Shown piece after piece: positions 1 to 13,090 of a stretch of DNA of 64,000 bases; position 1 is the first letter of the stretch, and every line of letters starts with the position of its first letter. The stretch is taken from NCBI GenBank assembly GCA_001643675.2, contig LSRY02000031.1, positions 434,001-498,000 of the forward strand. Reading direction: 5' to 3'. Origin of the DNA: Monocercomonoides exilis PA203. Its lineage: Eukaryota > Protista > Preaxostyla. The notes below the pieces were generated by a model. It was not told the origin of the DNA. It saw nothing but the letters and a program-made list of their open reading frames with translations, and made no database searches. Both the position numbers and the translations under genes were made by a program.

Positions 1-2812
1 CATAAAACATCAAAAGAAAAAGAAAAAGAAAAAGAAAAAGAAAAAGAAAAGAAAAAATCAGACAAACACAAGAAAAGCCATCATTCTCATTCGCATTCTC
101 ATTCAATCTCATCCAAATCAGCAGAAAAAGAAGGCAAATCAAAAAGAGAAAGAGAAAAAGGAGAAAAAGGAGGAGAAGAGCAATCTGTTGGAGTTGTTGT
201 GTCTGACTCTCTCTCAACCACTCTGCCAACACATTCAGTCTCTTCCACAGTCAATCCATCTTCTTCTTCTTCTGTTGCTGCTTTTTCTTCTTCTTCCTTT
301 TCTCCTCCCCTCATCCAACAAGACACCACACAATCTTCTTATCCTTCTCTCCCTTCTCTCCCTTCTCCCTTCATCACTCCCTCCACTTTCGCCCAGCCAG
401 TCCCTCCTCCTCATCCACAATGTGTTGTTCTTCCTTCTCCTTCTTATCCTTCTTCTTCTTCTTCTTCTTCTTTTCCTTCCTCTTCTTACTCTTCTTCCTC
501 TCCTCAATCAATCGAACATTCTCCTTCTCTTTCTCTCCCTCAGCTTCAACCTCAGCTTCCTCGGCAGGCAAAGGGAGAGATTAACACAACACCAGAAAGT
601 GTGAGTGAGAAGGGCAATGGAAGAAGAGGAAGAAGGAGTGAAGAGAAAGAGAGGAAAGAGAAGAAGGAGAGGAAGAGGCAGTACGCAAAGACTTTGGCAT
701 TGTATGTTTTTAATGATTGGATTTAATTTTTGTTCAAAAGAAAATTTGAAAAAAATAATCTTTTTTTTTGTGAATGAAATGATGATATTTTCTTTTTCTT
801 AATATTTTCGAGTTATTTCGTGAGAAATTTTTCTTTATTCACAATTTATTTATTTTTTTCAATTTTTATTTTATTTTTATTTTCCATTGTTTTCTGACAC
901 TTTATTCATCATTATTTTCATCTCATTTTTTTCCCTTCTGTTATTTCCTTTTTCTTCCATTTTTTTTCCATTTTTTCCATTTTTTCCATATTTATCATTT
1001 ATTTCTTCCTTCTATTATTTTTCATTATTTTTCTTCCATTAAACTTCTTCATTCAGATGTGGCGATGAAATATTGTCACAGATGGTGAATGAATGCATCG
1101 AAGTGTTTGAAAGGGAGGCAAACAGACAGATACATGCAGTTGTACAGAAGGAAGTGGAGACATTAGTTGCATTGCAGAAGGATGAGAAGGAGGAAGAGGA
1201 GGATGAAGAGGAAGAGGAGGAAGAGGAGGAGGAAGAAGAGGAGGAGGAGGAGGAAGAGGATGAAGATAGCGAAGAAAGAGAAAGAGAATTTGAAAAGAAT
1301 CGAAAGAGGAAATCTAAACATAACAAGAATAATCGTGCTTCATCCAAACACAACCAAAGAGATGAAAGTGAAAGCGAAGAAATAGAAAATCATTCAAAAG
1401 CCAACAAAAAGTCGCATAAAAACAAAGAAAACGCTATTTCTATCGCTCCTCCCACGTTTATGCCTTCTTCTACCTCTTCTGCTTCATCATCGTCGTCGTC
1501 ATCATCATCATCATCATCATCTTCTTCTTCTTCTTCTTCTTCTTCTTCTTCTTCTTCTTCTTCTTCTTCTTCTTCTTCTTCTTTCGTTTCTTCATTTGCT
1601 TCTCCTTCTTCTTCTTCTTTTTCTTCTTCTTTTGAAAGCAATCAGCTGTCTCCGCCAGCAATGCAGCATTCAGATGACGACAAAGAAGAAATCAATGAGA
1701 TTGACAATGAATACGAAACAGAACAGCAAATGATGAGGAAGAAAGGCGAAAATGAGGAAAATGAGGAAAATGTGGAAAATGGAGAAGAGGAGGAAGAGGA
1801 GGAAGAGAAAGAGGATGGGAAAGAGGATGGGAAAGAGGATGGGAAAGAAAGGAAAGGAAAAGGAGAGAGTTTTGATGATTTACATGGAAATGAATTGGAT
1901 GAAGAGAACAAGAAGGAAAGAGAAGAATCGGATGAAAAGCAGCAACAGAATGAAAAAGGAAGGGAAGATGAATTTAATGATGAATTCGATCAATCCAATG
2001 AACATAGCTATGATTCCTTTGATAGTCCTTCTGGAAAGGATAAAGAAGGAGGCATGAGGAGAAGAGGAGGAGGAGAGGGAGAAGAAGATGATGATGATGA
2101 GGGAGAAGATGAGGAAGAGAAGAAGAGAAAAGAAGAAGATATGCTTCAACAAGAAGAAGAAGCAAATGGAGAAGATCAATCAGAAATGCAAAAACAACAA
2201 AATGTGAGTGAAGAAAAGACGCAAGAGCCACCTTCACAAAAAGGATTGTTTGGAACGAAACTGATATTTGCATTGCCAGATGATGAAGATGAAGATGATG
2301 AAGATGAAGATGAGGAGAATAATAATAATAAGGATGGAGATGAAGATGATGTTGATAATAAAGAAGAAAAAGAAGAAGACGAATATTCAATTAAGCAATC
2401 GAATAATGAAAATGAGAAAAAAGATGATGATGATGAGGAAGAAGGAGCAAACGGATTTGATGGCAAAAAGCAATGGAAAGGAACAGCTTCGTATGACAGC
2501 CAATCTGAAGAGCAGGAAAGATACGAAGACGAAGACGGGTATGAAGACGATGATGACAACGACAACGACTTCTTTGGAAAGAAGAAAGGGGAAGGAGAAG
2601 GAGAAGGAAAGGAAAAAATGAAGGGAACGGAGAAATTCAGAAGCTCATATGAAAGCAGCGATGAGGAATATTCCGGCAATAGAGAAAGTTTTGAATTTGA
2701 CAGCATGTCAAAAGGGAAAGAAAGCGAAAGCAACGAGTTTGTGGATGAAGATGAAGAAGGAAATAAAGATAAAAGACTGAGTAATCAAGCATTTAATGCA
2801 CATCCAATTTCT

Positions 2813-2844
<32 letters not shown>

Positions 2845-3610
2845 TTCTCAATCTGATTCATTTGATGAAGAGGAGAACTTTGAAGAGCAGAGCGACAGAT
2901 ACATTGACTCAGGTGATGAAAGAGACAGTGTTCAATCAACACCAAAAATAAAAGAGACGACACGAGAACAGAATTCACTCAGAAGCGGAGTTGTTGGTTT
3001 TTCTTCGTTTCATCCAACTTCTGGTTCTAATTCTTCTTCTGCTTCTGCCTCTTCTTCTACTTCCTCCTCTTCCTCTTCCTCTTCCTCTTCCTCTTCCTCA
3101 AGCCCGTTTTCTTCTGGGTTTGTTGCACCGGATGGCAGGAAAATTAAGCTGGCTGGATTTGACGATGATGAAGATGAAGATGATGAAGACTACGAAGATG
3201 AAGACAATGCACATCCAGTTGGTGTGGATGAAGGAGATGAAGAAGATGGCAATGAAGATGCATTTGGGAACAGGTCAAACAGAGAAAGCATGGGAAACAC
3301 GCAGGATCGAAGTGATTATGTGGACGAAGACGAAGACGAAGACGAAGGTGAAGGTGAAGGAGAAGAGACTGGAAGAGGCAAACAGGATGTGTTTGGGAGG
3401 AATCAGAGGGACGATCTTTATGGCGATGGAAATGAAGGAGACGAGGAAGAATACGAAGATTTGGATGCCGGCACAGATGCAGATGCAGATGCAGAAGGAG
3501 GAGGAGGAGGAAATGGAATGCAGACAGGAGATGATGATGAATGGGCAGATGAAGATGAGGACGATGAGAAATATGGAGAAATGAACTTTGAAGACGAAGA
3601 CTTCAAGTGA
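1..3610 (+). CDS. Acidic/Ser-rich low-complexity protein of unknown function, 5'-partial; exons <1..680 and 1057..3610
   Basis: Frame 1 is open from base 1. Donor CA|GTACGC at 681 and acceptor TTCAG|A at 1056 form a phase-2 intron (681..1056) that joins it in frame to the 845-aa ORF ending at TGA 3610. Poly-E/D and poly-S tracts; no recognisable domain. Confidence 0.7.
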
Positions 3611-4285
3611 ATGATGAAAAAAAAGAAAGAAAGAACAAAAAATGCATTTTTTCTCTATGTTGACATAAATGTTTTATAAGATGTTTTTATTATTCCTTTC
3701 CTTTTGTTGTTTATCTTCCATACACAATCACTCCACATCACTCTCAATCTCTAAGCATCTCATTTCACTCTTTAACATCCTTTTCTTGTTCACATGTTAT
3801 TTCATTGACTCTCTTTTTTCACTTCTTTCTTCTTTTCCTTATAATTATTTTGTTTGAAAATGCTTTATGAATCATCTCACTTCGCAATCCTATTTCTCTC
3901 TCAAATATTTCACAATCTTTTAGAACTCGGCTTTATTCTTAACTTTTCTTTCGTTTTTGCTTTTTGAAAAATAATCGTAAATAACATGAATAACATAAAT
4001 CATACAAGTGCTGCTCTTTTCGACACATAAAAGAAAAGCACAAATTGTGAAATGGGAAACAATAACAGAGAAAAAAAGAAGCTGTCTCAAGTCGCTTATA
4101 CACTTTGCTCACATTCATTTACTTCCCCTTCCAGATGTTTGAAAACACTTGTTCAATTGGGAGAATTTTATAATCAATAAATACAAATAAAATAATTAGA
4201 ATAAACTTAAAGAATTATAAGTGAGCAATTACTGTTCCACCTTCTTCATTCCAAAAAATACTCATCTCTTCTTCAAATGATATGC

Positions 4286-5413
4286 TTAGAGACATCTTCT
4301 AATCAGTCTGTTTATCATTCCCATTCTGTTTCCTGCTGCTCCTCCTTCGACAAAGTGCCTCAACTTGCTCTTCTTGTATCCTCCTCTTGGTGAGTTCATC
4401 TTGAATGGCCACAAGAAACGGTTGCATTTGGCAAAGTGTCTTCCGATTGTCACAATTTGCCAGATCAAATCGTCCAACGTCTTAATCTTGTATCTGCCCA
4501 ATGCACGTGCAATCACTTTGTTTGAAGTGAGAGGAATTCTCTGTCCATTAATCTTTGCATATCCGCGCTTTACGAGAAGAGCACGGATGGTTCTGACACT
4601 GGGATATCCAATGGCAACATATGGCTCAATGACTTTGAGCATGTTGAGTGTTGGTTTTGTGAGGCGAACGAAGACAGCGTTGTGAATTTGACGAAGACGG
4701 AACAGTTGAAGAATCTTTCTTTGCTTTGGTGGTACTCCATTCACACCACGCAGACGCATCACAAAGGCAAGCTTGGGCTCTGGAGGCACATAGAAGTTGC
4801 CTTTCTTTTCAGCTTTACGATGAAGCATAATTCTCTTCTTGCGATCTTTCTTGTACTTGCGGTTGTATTTTGCAGCGCGAATTGCACCCATTGTTCTCTC
4901 TCTCAATGCTTCAGTCTTTCTTTCTTTCTTTAACTCAAATCTTTTGCGAATTCTCGCTTCCTTGTTTGCAATCTTCTTCACAACACTTTCAGGAGCAACA
5001 CGAAGAGTTTTTGCGCGATTGCTCAATTTGTAAACGAGGAAGAGAACATGCTTTTCAGCTTCACCTTTTGCAGCTTTAACAGCATTGGGAAGTTCTGAAG
5101 GAGCGACTGCACATTTGATGAGTGCTGCATTAATCTATTGTGAAATCAAAAATTATTTTTTAAAAAAGAAAAATTATCAAAAAAGTACTTTCTTCCAGTT
5201 TGCAGTTTGTGCAATAACGTTCTTTGGATCTGCATCGAATTCCTCAATAAGTTTTGGGCACAATTTGTTTATTGCTTCGCAGACAACAGCTCCTTTTGTA
5301 AGATCCTCTGGGATATTAACGGGCTTTTTGAGTTCGTGTTTCAGCCATTTTCTAACTTTGCGGGTCATGCTTTTCTGCGTTTTCTCTTGCAGATTCTTTT
5401 TTTCTGCGGGCAT
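4286..5413 (-). CDS. RPL7: 60S ribosomal protein uL30 (RPL7) with an N-terminal calponin-homology domain; exons 5413..5189 and 5134..4286, 357 aa
   Basis: The C-terminal part is canonical L7 (GNFYVPPEPKLAFVMRLRGVN, IEPYVAIGYP, FLWPFKMNSPRGG, HFVEGGAAGNR). A 54-nt phase-0 intron (GTACTT...TAG, 5188..5135) links it to an upstream exon starting at ATG 5413. Exon 2 has no in-frame ATG ahead of the start of the L7 helix. Confidence 0.9.
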
Positions 5414-6413
5414 ACGACAACAAAACAAATTATTAAAAATAAAAGAGCAGACAGAATTTCCTCAAATGACAAAAGATCAAAATTTTTATCTTATTTTCAA
5501 ACTTCTTCCTTAATTTTTTGATTTTTTTAAGCCTAACTTTCAGATTCAAAAACTTTATATGATTCACTTGATATTTTTTCGTTTTTATTTTTTAAGATTT
5601 TTGTTGTGAAAAAAAAGAGAACAATGTTCTAATGAAAATTCATTGTTGAATTGAGAAAAAAATTTTTTTAAGATAACCTATGAAATTGTGTGAAAATATG
5701 TATTAAATCAAAAAAATAAAAAGAACATTAATTATTTAAAAAATTCAACAATTAAAAAAAAATTATTTCACTTAGAAATTTCAAATTGAATAAAAATTAT
5801 TCAGAGACAAAAAATCGTGATCATTACAATTTTGTTCACGCGCAAATTACTAACATCATAATTTTTATATCAATTTCTTCATCACTGATCGAATTCAGCA
5901 TACCTTATTATCAATTTGACCACAAAATCTTCAAACTTCAAAACCAAAACTAAATAAGAAAATAATTAATGCAACAATCAGAAATAAAAGTGAAAAGTTA
6001 ATGATGAAAATAAAATCATAAAAATAAATATTTGTTGAAAAAATATTCAGAAAAACGGTGTTATTTGTTCGTCATTGAAATTTCATCGGACAAATAATAT
6101 TAAAAGTTTATCATCACGTTATCTTTCTCAAAGAACTCTCTCTCTAAAAGCAACTTCTCCCTTTTCATACAATAATTTTGGAAAAAATGTAATCATAAAA
6201 TTCAATGTCCAATCTAATTTATTTTCTTTAAATTTCAGATGATACAAAATGAAAATCAACTCTTATGCAACAGTGACTTCGTTTTTCACAGATCTATTTC
6301 ATGAACTCTCAATAAAAACTTCAAAAAATGAATATCCTAAATAGAACACGTAAAACCCATCTCTATGATCATAACCGGAATAAAATATATTCTGAAGAAA
6401 AAAGTTATCAAAA

Positions 6414-7059
6414 ATGAGAAAAGCTTCAAATGTTTCTTCAGGAAATCTTCATGTTATTTTATTTCTTTGTGCGTTAAGAATTACTATTTCACTTGTTGGT
6501 ATTGCTTTTCCGTCAGCATTGTTGACAATTTTGTTAAAAAATCCGGAAAAACGACCTTATTCCCCGACTTCAACATTTTTAGCGAGATGGTCTGATGCTT
6601 CTTTGCTTATAATTCCTTTTAAATAATTTTTTTATTTTAAGGGCATTTTTATTGTATCTTACTCTTTCATTCTTTGAATATCGATCTCTTAAGCAAGCCA
6701 TGAAACCTGATGCTAGTCCAAAGGATGGTAATAATCGATTTATTCGTTCGGCCATCGAATGTTTTCTTGTTGCAGATATCGGAACAATTGTTCTTCTGAT
6801 TATTCTCATGATGACTCAACCCAATTCGAACAAAATAACCTGTATTGTTCTGTATGTCTTTCTTTCTTTAGGCTTAGCAACGCGTTCGAATTGGATAACT
6901 CAAAATCCTCCTCTTCCTAAACAATCAAAGCATGAGATTTCCAAAAGAAGGGAAGATTCTTCATCTTCCACTTCATCAGATTCATCTTCAAAACAAATGG
7001 AGGCGATTGCAAGACCAGCCCCAAAAACGGAAATTCGAGAGAATCGGAAAAACAGATAA
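6414..7059 (+). CDS. Small protein with about 4 transmembrane segments, unknown function; exons 6414..6589 and 6642..7059, 197 aa
   Basis: A 52-nt intron (GTCTGA...AAG, 6590..6641) joins ORF 6414 and ORF 6652 in frame (FLAR-W-AFLL). Four hydrophobic segments and a Ser/Lys-rich tail. Confidence 0.65.
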
Positions 7060-7356
7060 AATTCTTTCTGTTTATTGAATTTTACGTGTTATGTATCAAT
7101 TTTTAGTTCTTAAATTCAATATTTCTGCAATTATTACAATTTCATTTCATTTTTTTAATAAAGAAAATTTTTTTCTTGCTTTCTGTTTTACAAGAACAAA
7201 GAAAAACTTTTCTTCGTTTTTGTCTCTTTGAAAATGAGTTTGTTTTTTGTTATTATGTTTGATACATCTTTGAAAAAAAAAATAATATGAAAGTGGAAGT
7301 TTTGAAAAAGAAGATGATGTGTAATGATTTTGAATTGAAAAAGAATCGACATTTTG

Positions 7357-9913
7357 TTATTTATCATTATCTTCGAGCATTGCACCTTCATCGTCTTCAT
7401 CGTCATCATCAGTTACAGCCTTTAACAACCTTTTTCTCTGAGGAATTGTTGAAGTCTGTTCTTGTTTTTCATTCTCTGAATGATTTGAAGTGCTTGTGTC
7501 ATCTTTTGTGTTATCTTTCTTTGTTTCTTCTTCAACGTCCATGTGATTCGCGTCTTCTTTTTTGGATTCTTCTTCTTTCAATATCTCCTTTTTTGTTCGT
7601 TTTGGAGCTTTTAAGTTTTCATCAACATCTTCCTCTGCATCATCATTTTCATCATCATCATCAAACACCACATCAATCATATCATCATCTCCACTTTCGT
7701 CTTGTTCTTCTCCTTCCTCTCCTTCTCCTTCTTTGCTTTGTTGCTGCTTGGTCTTTTTTCTGGGCTCTCTCTTCCGATAAACTTTCCTCGGAATCATTTC
7801 GCCCATTTCGAGAATGGCAAGCGTATCGTCCTCTTCTTCATCGTCTTCATCGTCTTCACGAACCAATCTGTTCCTTCTTCTTTTTTTCCCTCCTTCAATT
7901 CCATCTTCCTCGTCGTTGTCGTCTCCGTCGAGTGGATGGAGACGAGGCAGAAGAGGAGAAACAGGAGGAGAAGATGGCTTTGTCTTTCGGATCGGCATTG
8001 GCTCTATTGGATGAGGAGAAAAAGTAGATGATGATTTCTGTGATGATGAAGAAGAAGTGGAAGAGGATGGAGTTGTAGAAGAGGAGGAAGTGAAAGAAGA
8101 TAGCCCTCCTTTATACACTCGAATTGGCTGAAGGGTTAAAATATATTATCAAAAAAAAAAAAAAAAAACAAGACAAAAACAAAATGAAATAAAGAAGTTA
8201 CAATTGCAAATAATAATTTCAAAAAAATAAAAATCATTACAACTTTAAATTTCATTCGTATTAAATGTAATTATCTCTTCATTTTCAAAAAAACACATTT
8301 TATTTTCTGTTCAAAGCCAAATCTTCTCTTTCTCTTCTATCTTTTTCAACAGACAACGCACAAACCATTGGCTCTACTTTCCTGTAAACAACTGTCGGTG
8401 GCTTCTTTGCTGCCTTTGACTTCGATTTGGAAGGAAGGCGCGGTCCAGTTATTATTGTGGGCTGAGCATTTGTTGCAGCACTTCCACTTGAAGACGAGGA
8501 ATCAGTCTCCGGTTTCTTTGGCTGAAACATTGAAGTGATTTTCCCCTTCTGCCCTGTTGTGTTGTTTGATGATTGAGTTGTACTTTTGGCCTGTTCCTTC
8601 TGCTCTTCAGCCGGCGGCTCGCTCTTTTTGAAGAAGAGGTCCATTCGGACTTGACTCCGCAGCTTTTTCGCCTTTCGGATACGGTCGACGTTTCCTCGCA
8701 CTCTCCCTTCGTCGAACTGCATCTCCTTTACAAGAAACTCCACCAGCCCTTCCTCGTCTGGATCAGTCCATTTCGGATCTATTCCCAGAGCTTCGTGGTT
8801 CAACGGTGGGTTGACAAACAATTCCCTCATCTCTTCAATCGGATAAGGGTTGGGGATCAGGTACCGCTTGCCTTCAGGATCCTGTTCTCTGATTTTGGAG
8901 ACAACTTTCTCGAGTGTTCCGTATTTCTTAATAAGATCATATGCTTTCTTTTCTCCAATGCCTTTAATTGACTTAGAATAATCGCATCCACATAATATGC
9001 ACAGATCAACAAATTGATTCATCGTCATATTAAATCCTTCCAAAACTTCTTTCAAGTGTATTTCTTTAATTGGAAGTTTCTTAGCTTCGCTACTAGTTAA
9101 ATTGCGAAGAAGAATAGGTGTGCCAAAAGTAAGAGAATCCATATCTTCTGATCCAATTCCCCAAACAACCCCTGCTTTGCACAATGCAGCGCATTGAGCC
9201 TCTGCTTCTCCTTCTGCTTCAACATAAGGCACACCCATCAAACGCAATAATCTTTTCGCATCTTCGTTGTGTTCAGCAAGCACTCTGACCGATCTGCGTG
9301 CAAAACGGTTTGCGGCTTCCATATCACCTTCTTCTCTTGCCTCTTCTTCTTTTGCTTTCGCTTCTTCGCGTACTGCTTTACGGTTTGCAAGCTACATATG
9401 CGCATAACAGTACAAATACGTATTGTTATAATATCAAAATTTTAACAAAAAAATGCTAAACTTAAAAGAAAATGCAAAAGTAAATACTGTTCCATCCTTA
9501 AATTCAGGAGGCTTTCCATCAAAAACATAAAGAGGTTTTATTCCGTTTGACATCATTCTAATTGTTCTGTTAAAAAGACCTTGAATGTGACTTTTAAGAA
9601 AATTGTGAATAATTACATTAAAATTAGTATTTTTGCCAACCTTGTAACACGTCCATCAGAACTTGTAAGTTGGTCGCCTCCATCCATTCTAATAGCAATC
9701 TGTGGCGCACACGTGAAATTATATTGCATTTTTTTGATTTATCAATGAGTAAATATCAAGAAAAATTTGAATTTAGATTCAAACCAAAAATTGATAAAGA
9801 GCCATCGAAACATCAATAGCAATTTTTCTACCAAAATAATTTTTAATTTCTGCATCTTTGATTGCGGACGGAACTTTCTCCGCAATCAATTTCATCAAAT
9901 TTTTAATTCCCAT
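7357..9913 (-). CDS. FEN1: Flap endonuclease 1 with a long C-terminal extension; exons 9913..9785, 9699..9641, 9590..9488, 9391..8366, 8127..7357, about 695 aa
   Basis: XPG-N motifs ([47 protein letters not shown]), XPG-I/H3TH motifs ([30 protein letters not shown]) and PIP box QVRMDLFF. All four introns are GT-AG and phase-consistent. The last exon is less certain than the core. Confidence 0.92.
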
Positions 9914-10247
9914 TTAATTGTGATGGGTTGATCATTAGGTTTATTTGTTTAAACAAAGCTTTTTCAAATGAACAGCGATTACAAATTGCAAAAAATTGAA
10001 ATTCAAAAGAAAAAAATACATTAGTTTATCAACAAATAATATTAGCAACTATTTTTGGTTAAATGAATCGAAATGATTTTTAGATTGAGTCATCTCTTCC
10101 AAAAAAAATTAAAAATTATCCAAACGTTGCTGTTTGAAAGTATGTGAATGGTCAGAGTTACAAAGTAAATAATGTTTGCATAATTGTTTTTTATTTGGAA
10201 AGATTCTATTCTCATTTGTGAGCAAAATTCCACTTCAAACAAGTGAT

Positions 10248-10679
<432 letters not shown>

Positions 10680-11828
10680 ATGAGCCTGTTTGAATAGTTT
10701 TTATTATAAGATCTATCTTTTATTTCGATGAAAATAGGAATTTAAACGTTAGCCTTGATGAAGCAATTCAAAAACGTAGAAGCGAAAAAAGGCAACTGCG
10801 CCCAATGAGAGGGGGAAGAAGAGCTCAGGGAGGGCGTCGTCAAGCGAGGCAAGTTGCTGCTCAACCCACAACTCTTATGATACCTTCATCTGATGGTCGT
10901 GGGGTGCAATACGTTCAAGTGATCGCAGCTCCAACTACTCAGCCGGCTTTTGGTGGAAAAGGTGCTTCAACACGTTTTTCAAGAGGCGGTGGAAGACAAC
11001 GTTTAAATCGATTTGATCCACTTGCCATGGATGTTTGTTATACGTTCTTCGTCTTACAGCTTTCATCTTCCGCGGAATTTACCGAACAACGCCGTAATTT
11101 GACATTTATAAACAACTTTTGAAATACAAATATAAATTCGTTTGCTAGACAAATGCTTCCTGGAAAGCACCTCAAAGAGGTTCTCAACGAATGGGACGTG
11201 GAAAGGATTTTGCGCCTTCGGTACCTAAGCAATCTGGATCCAAAGTACTTGTTCATAATCTTCATTATGAAGTGAACGAAACTCAATTGAAAGTTTGGAT
11301 TAAAATCTAATTTTTTTTTGAAACTTTGTGTTTATATTTTTTGTCGTTGTTGACTGTCGTTATTTTTTTCAGGATGTTTTCAGCCGTCAAGGAGGTATTT
11401 CTTCATGCAAAATTGAATATGACGCATCTGGAAGATCAACAGGAGAAGCAGAAGTTATTTTTATGAAGAGATCTGATGCAGAAGAATGCGTTAAAAATTT
11501 AACAGGTGCATTTTGTAAAAATTGAAGTAAAGACTTTCATTTTAATTAATTTTTTCAGCTTATAAATTCCAAAATCAGCCAATTACCCTTGATCTGGCTG
11601 TTGATGTAAGTGGAAGAGCACCTCGTGGCGGAAGAGGTGGATCAAAAGGAAGAAGAGGAGGTTCTTCTGGAGATGTAGAACGTCTCCAACATTCCGCTGA
11701 AGGTACGTGAATGTATTTTTGTCAAATTATCTTTGTATATATATTTCGAAAAATATTTTTTTTTATCTTATTTACATTTATTATTTACAGAATTGGATGC
11801 TATGTTAGCAAGATATAAGTCTCAATAA
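10680..11828 (+). CDS. ALYREF: mRNA export adaptor ALYREF/THOC4/Yra1; exons 10680..10687, 10738..11032, 11149..11292, 11373..11505, 11559..11702, 11791..11828, 253 aa
   Basis: N-terminal UAP56-binding motif LNVSLDEAI, RGG regions, RRM (KVLVHNLHYEV...YDASGRSTGEAEVIF) and C-terminal motif SAEELDAMLARY. Five phase-consistent GT-AG introns. Confidence 0.92.
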
Positions 11829-12219
11829 AGGTTTTGTTCGGTTTATGTTTAAAAAAGTATTTCCTTGAATATGGATGATATATGCAAGAGATAAGCGTTC
11901 AAAAATAAAAAATTCAAATGAATCTGACAAATTTATCGTTGTGGGAAAAGAAGATATATTTTGTATGCAATGAAGAATGTGTTTATTTATGGAACTTTTT
12001 GTTTTGGCAAGAATAAAGCAAACACTTCAGTTTAAAAAAGAAATAAATACCAATTAACTGCTTTTTTCACCTATTTTTTTTTTTTTTTTTCCAATTTTAT
12101 CAAAATGAATTTGAAATTTTCTTGGAGATGTTTCAAAGTAATATGCAGTTTTTGCTCATTAATGTGAAGATGTAAAGTTTTTGATAAAAGAAATGCGAAA
12201 TGTGCAGATTTATTCAGAA

Positions 12220-12963
12220 TTACGCTGCTCCTCTGAATGATGAGCTACTGGACATGATCACAGACACGATAACACCCATCAATCCAATGGCTTCACCGAA
12301 AATTTCCATTACAAAGCATTTCATAAATAAAGACCCATCGGCAGCATCAGCATTTGCAATCGCTGCACCTAGCTTTCCAACACAATAGCCTGCTCCAACA
12401 TTTGAACACCCAATAATTAAACCAGCAAAAAATTGTGCATAAGCTGCTTTGTAATCTTCTGCTTGTAATGGATATGGCGAAACAGCATATTTATTTTGAA
12501 CAATAATTGCCAAAATGATCCCGTAAATTGCTAATGCTTCACAGAACAAAACACTAATTTAAATTGCAATTTCAAAAATATGTGCAAATCAAAGACAAAT
12601 GTCCGAAACCTAATAAGATTTTTTGAAGTGATTCGCGGGTGACGAACAGCATTTCCAACCAAACTTGCTCCCGTCATAAAAATGCCCCACCCTGCACCCA
12701 GAACGCTAAATCCAATTGCAAAGCATGCTCCAAGAGCTGCCCATAAATAAGGATCAATCATAATTAACCAATTTCCATCCCATGGTTGCGCTAATAGTAA
12801 TTAAATTCCCATGTTTTGATAGTTGAATATAAAAACATAATGAAAGATAAAAATCGTATAATCAAAAAAGCACTCTTAGGAATAAATAAACTATCAAATT
12901 TTTCTCACGCAATACAAAAAAAGAACAAAATAAACGAAGTATTCAACCTGTTGTTGGTTCCAT
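12220..12963 (-). CDS. ATP6V0B: V-ATPase V0 proteolipid subunit c''; exons 12963..12948, 12790..12610, 12553..12220, 176 aa
   Basis: DPYLWAALG...SVLGAGWGIF...PRITSKNLISVLFCEALAIYG and AAIANADAADGSLF...EIFG are c''/Vma16 motifs. Introns 12947..12791 and 12609..12554 are in phase. Confidence 0.93.
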
Positions 12964-13090
12964 TTGGAAAATATATGGTATTCTTGATCAAAGGATAAAT
13001 TTTCTTTTCATGATTACTCATAATAAAAAATGAGAAATGTGTTAATTAAAATACAAACTTCAAAAAAATTTTTGGAAATGTCTGTATTTA

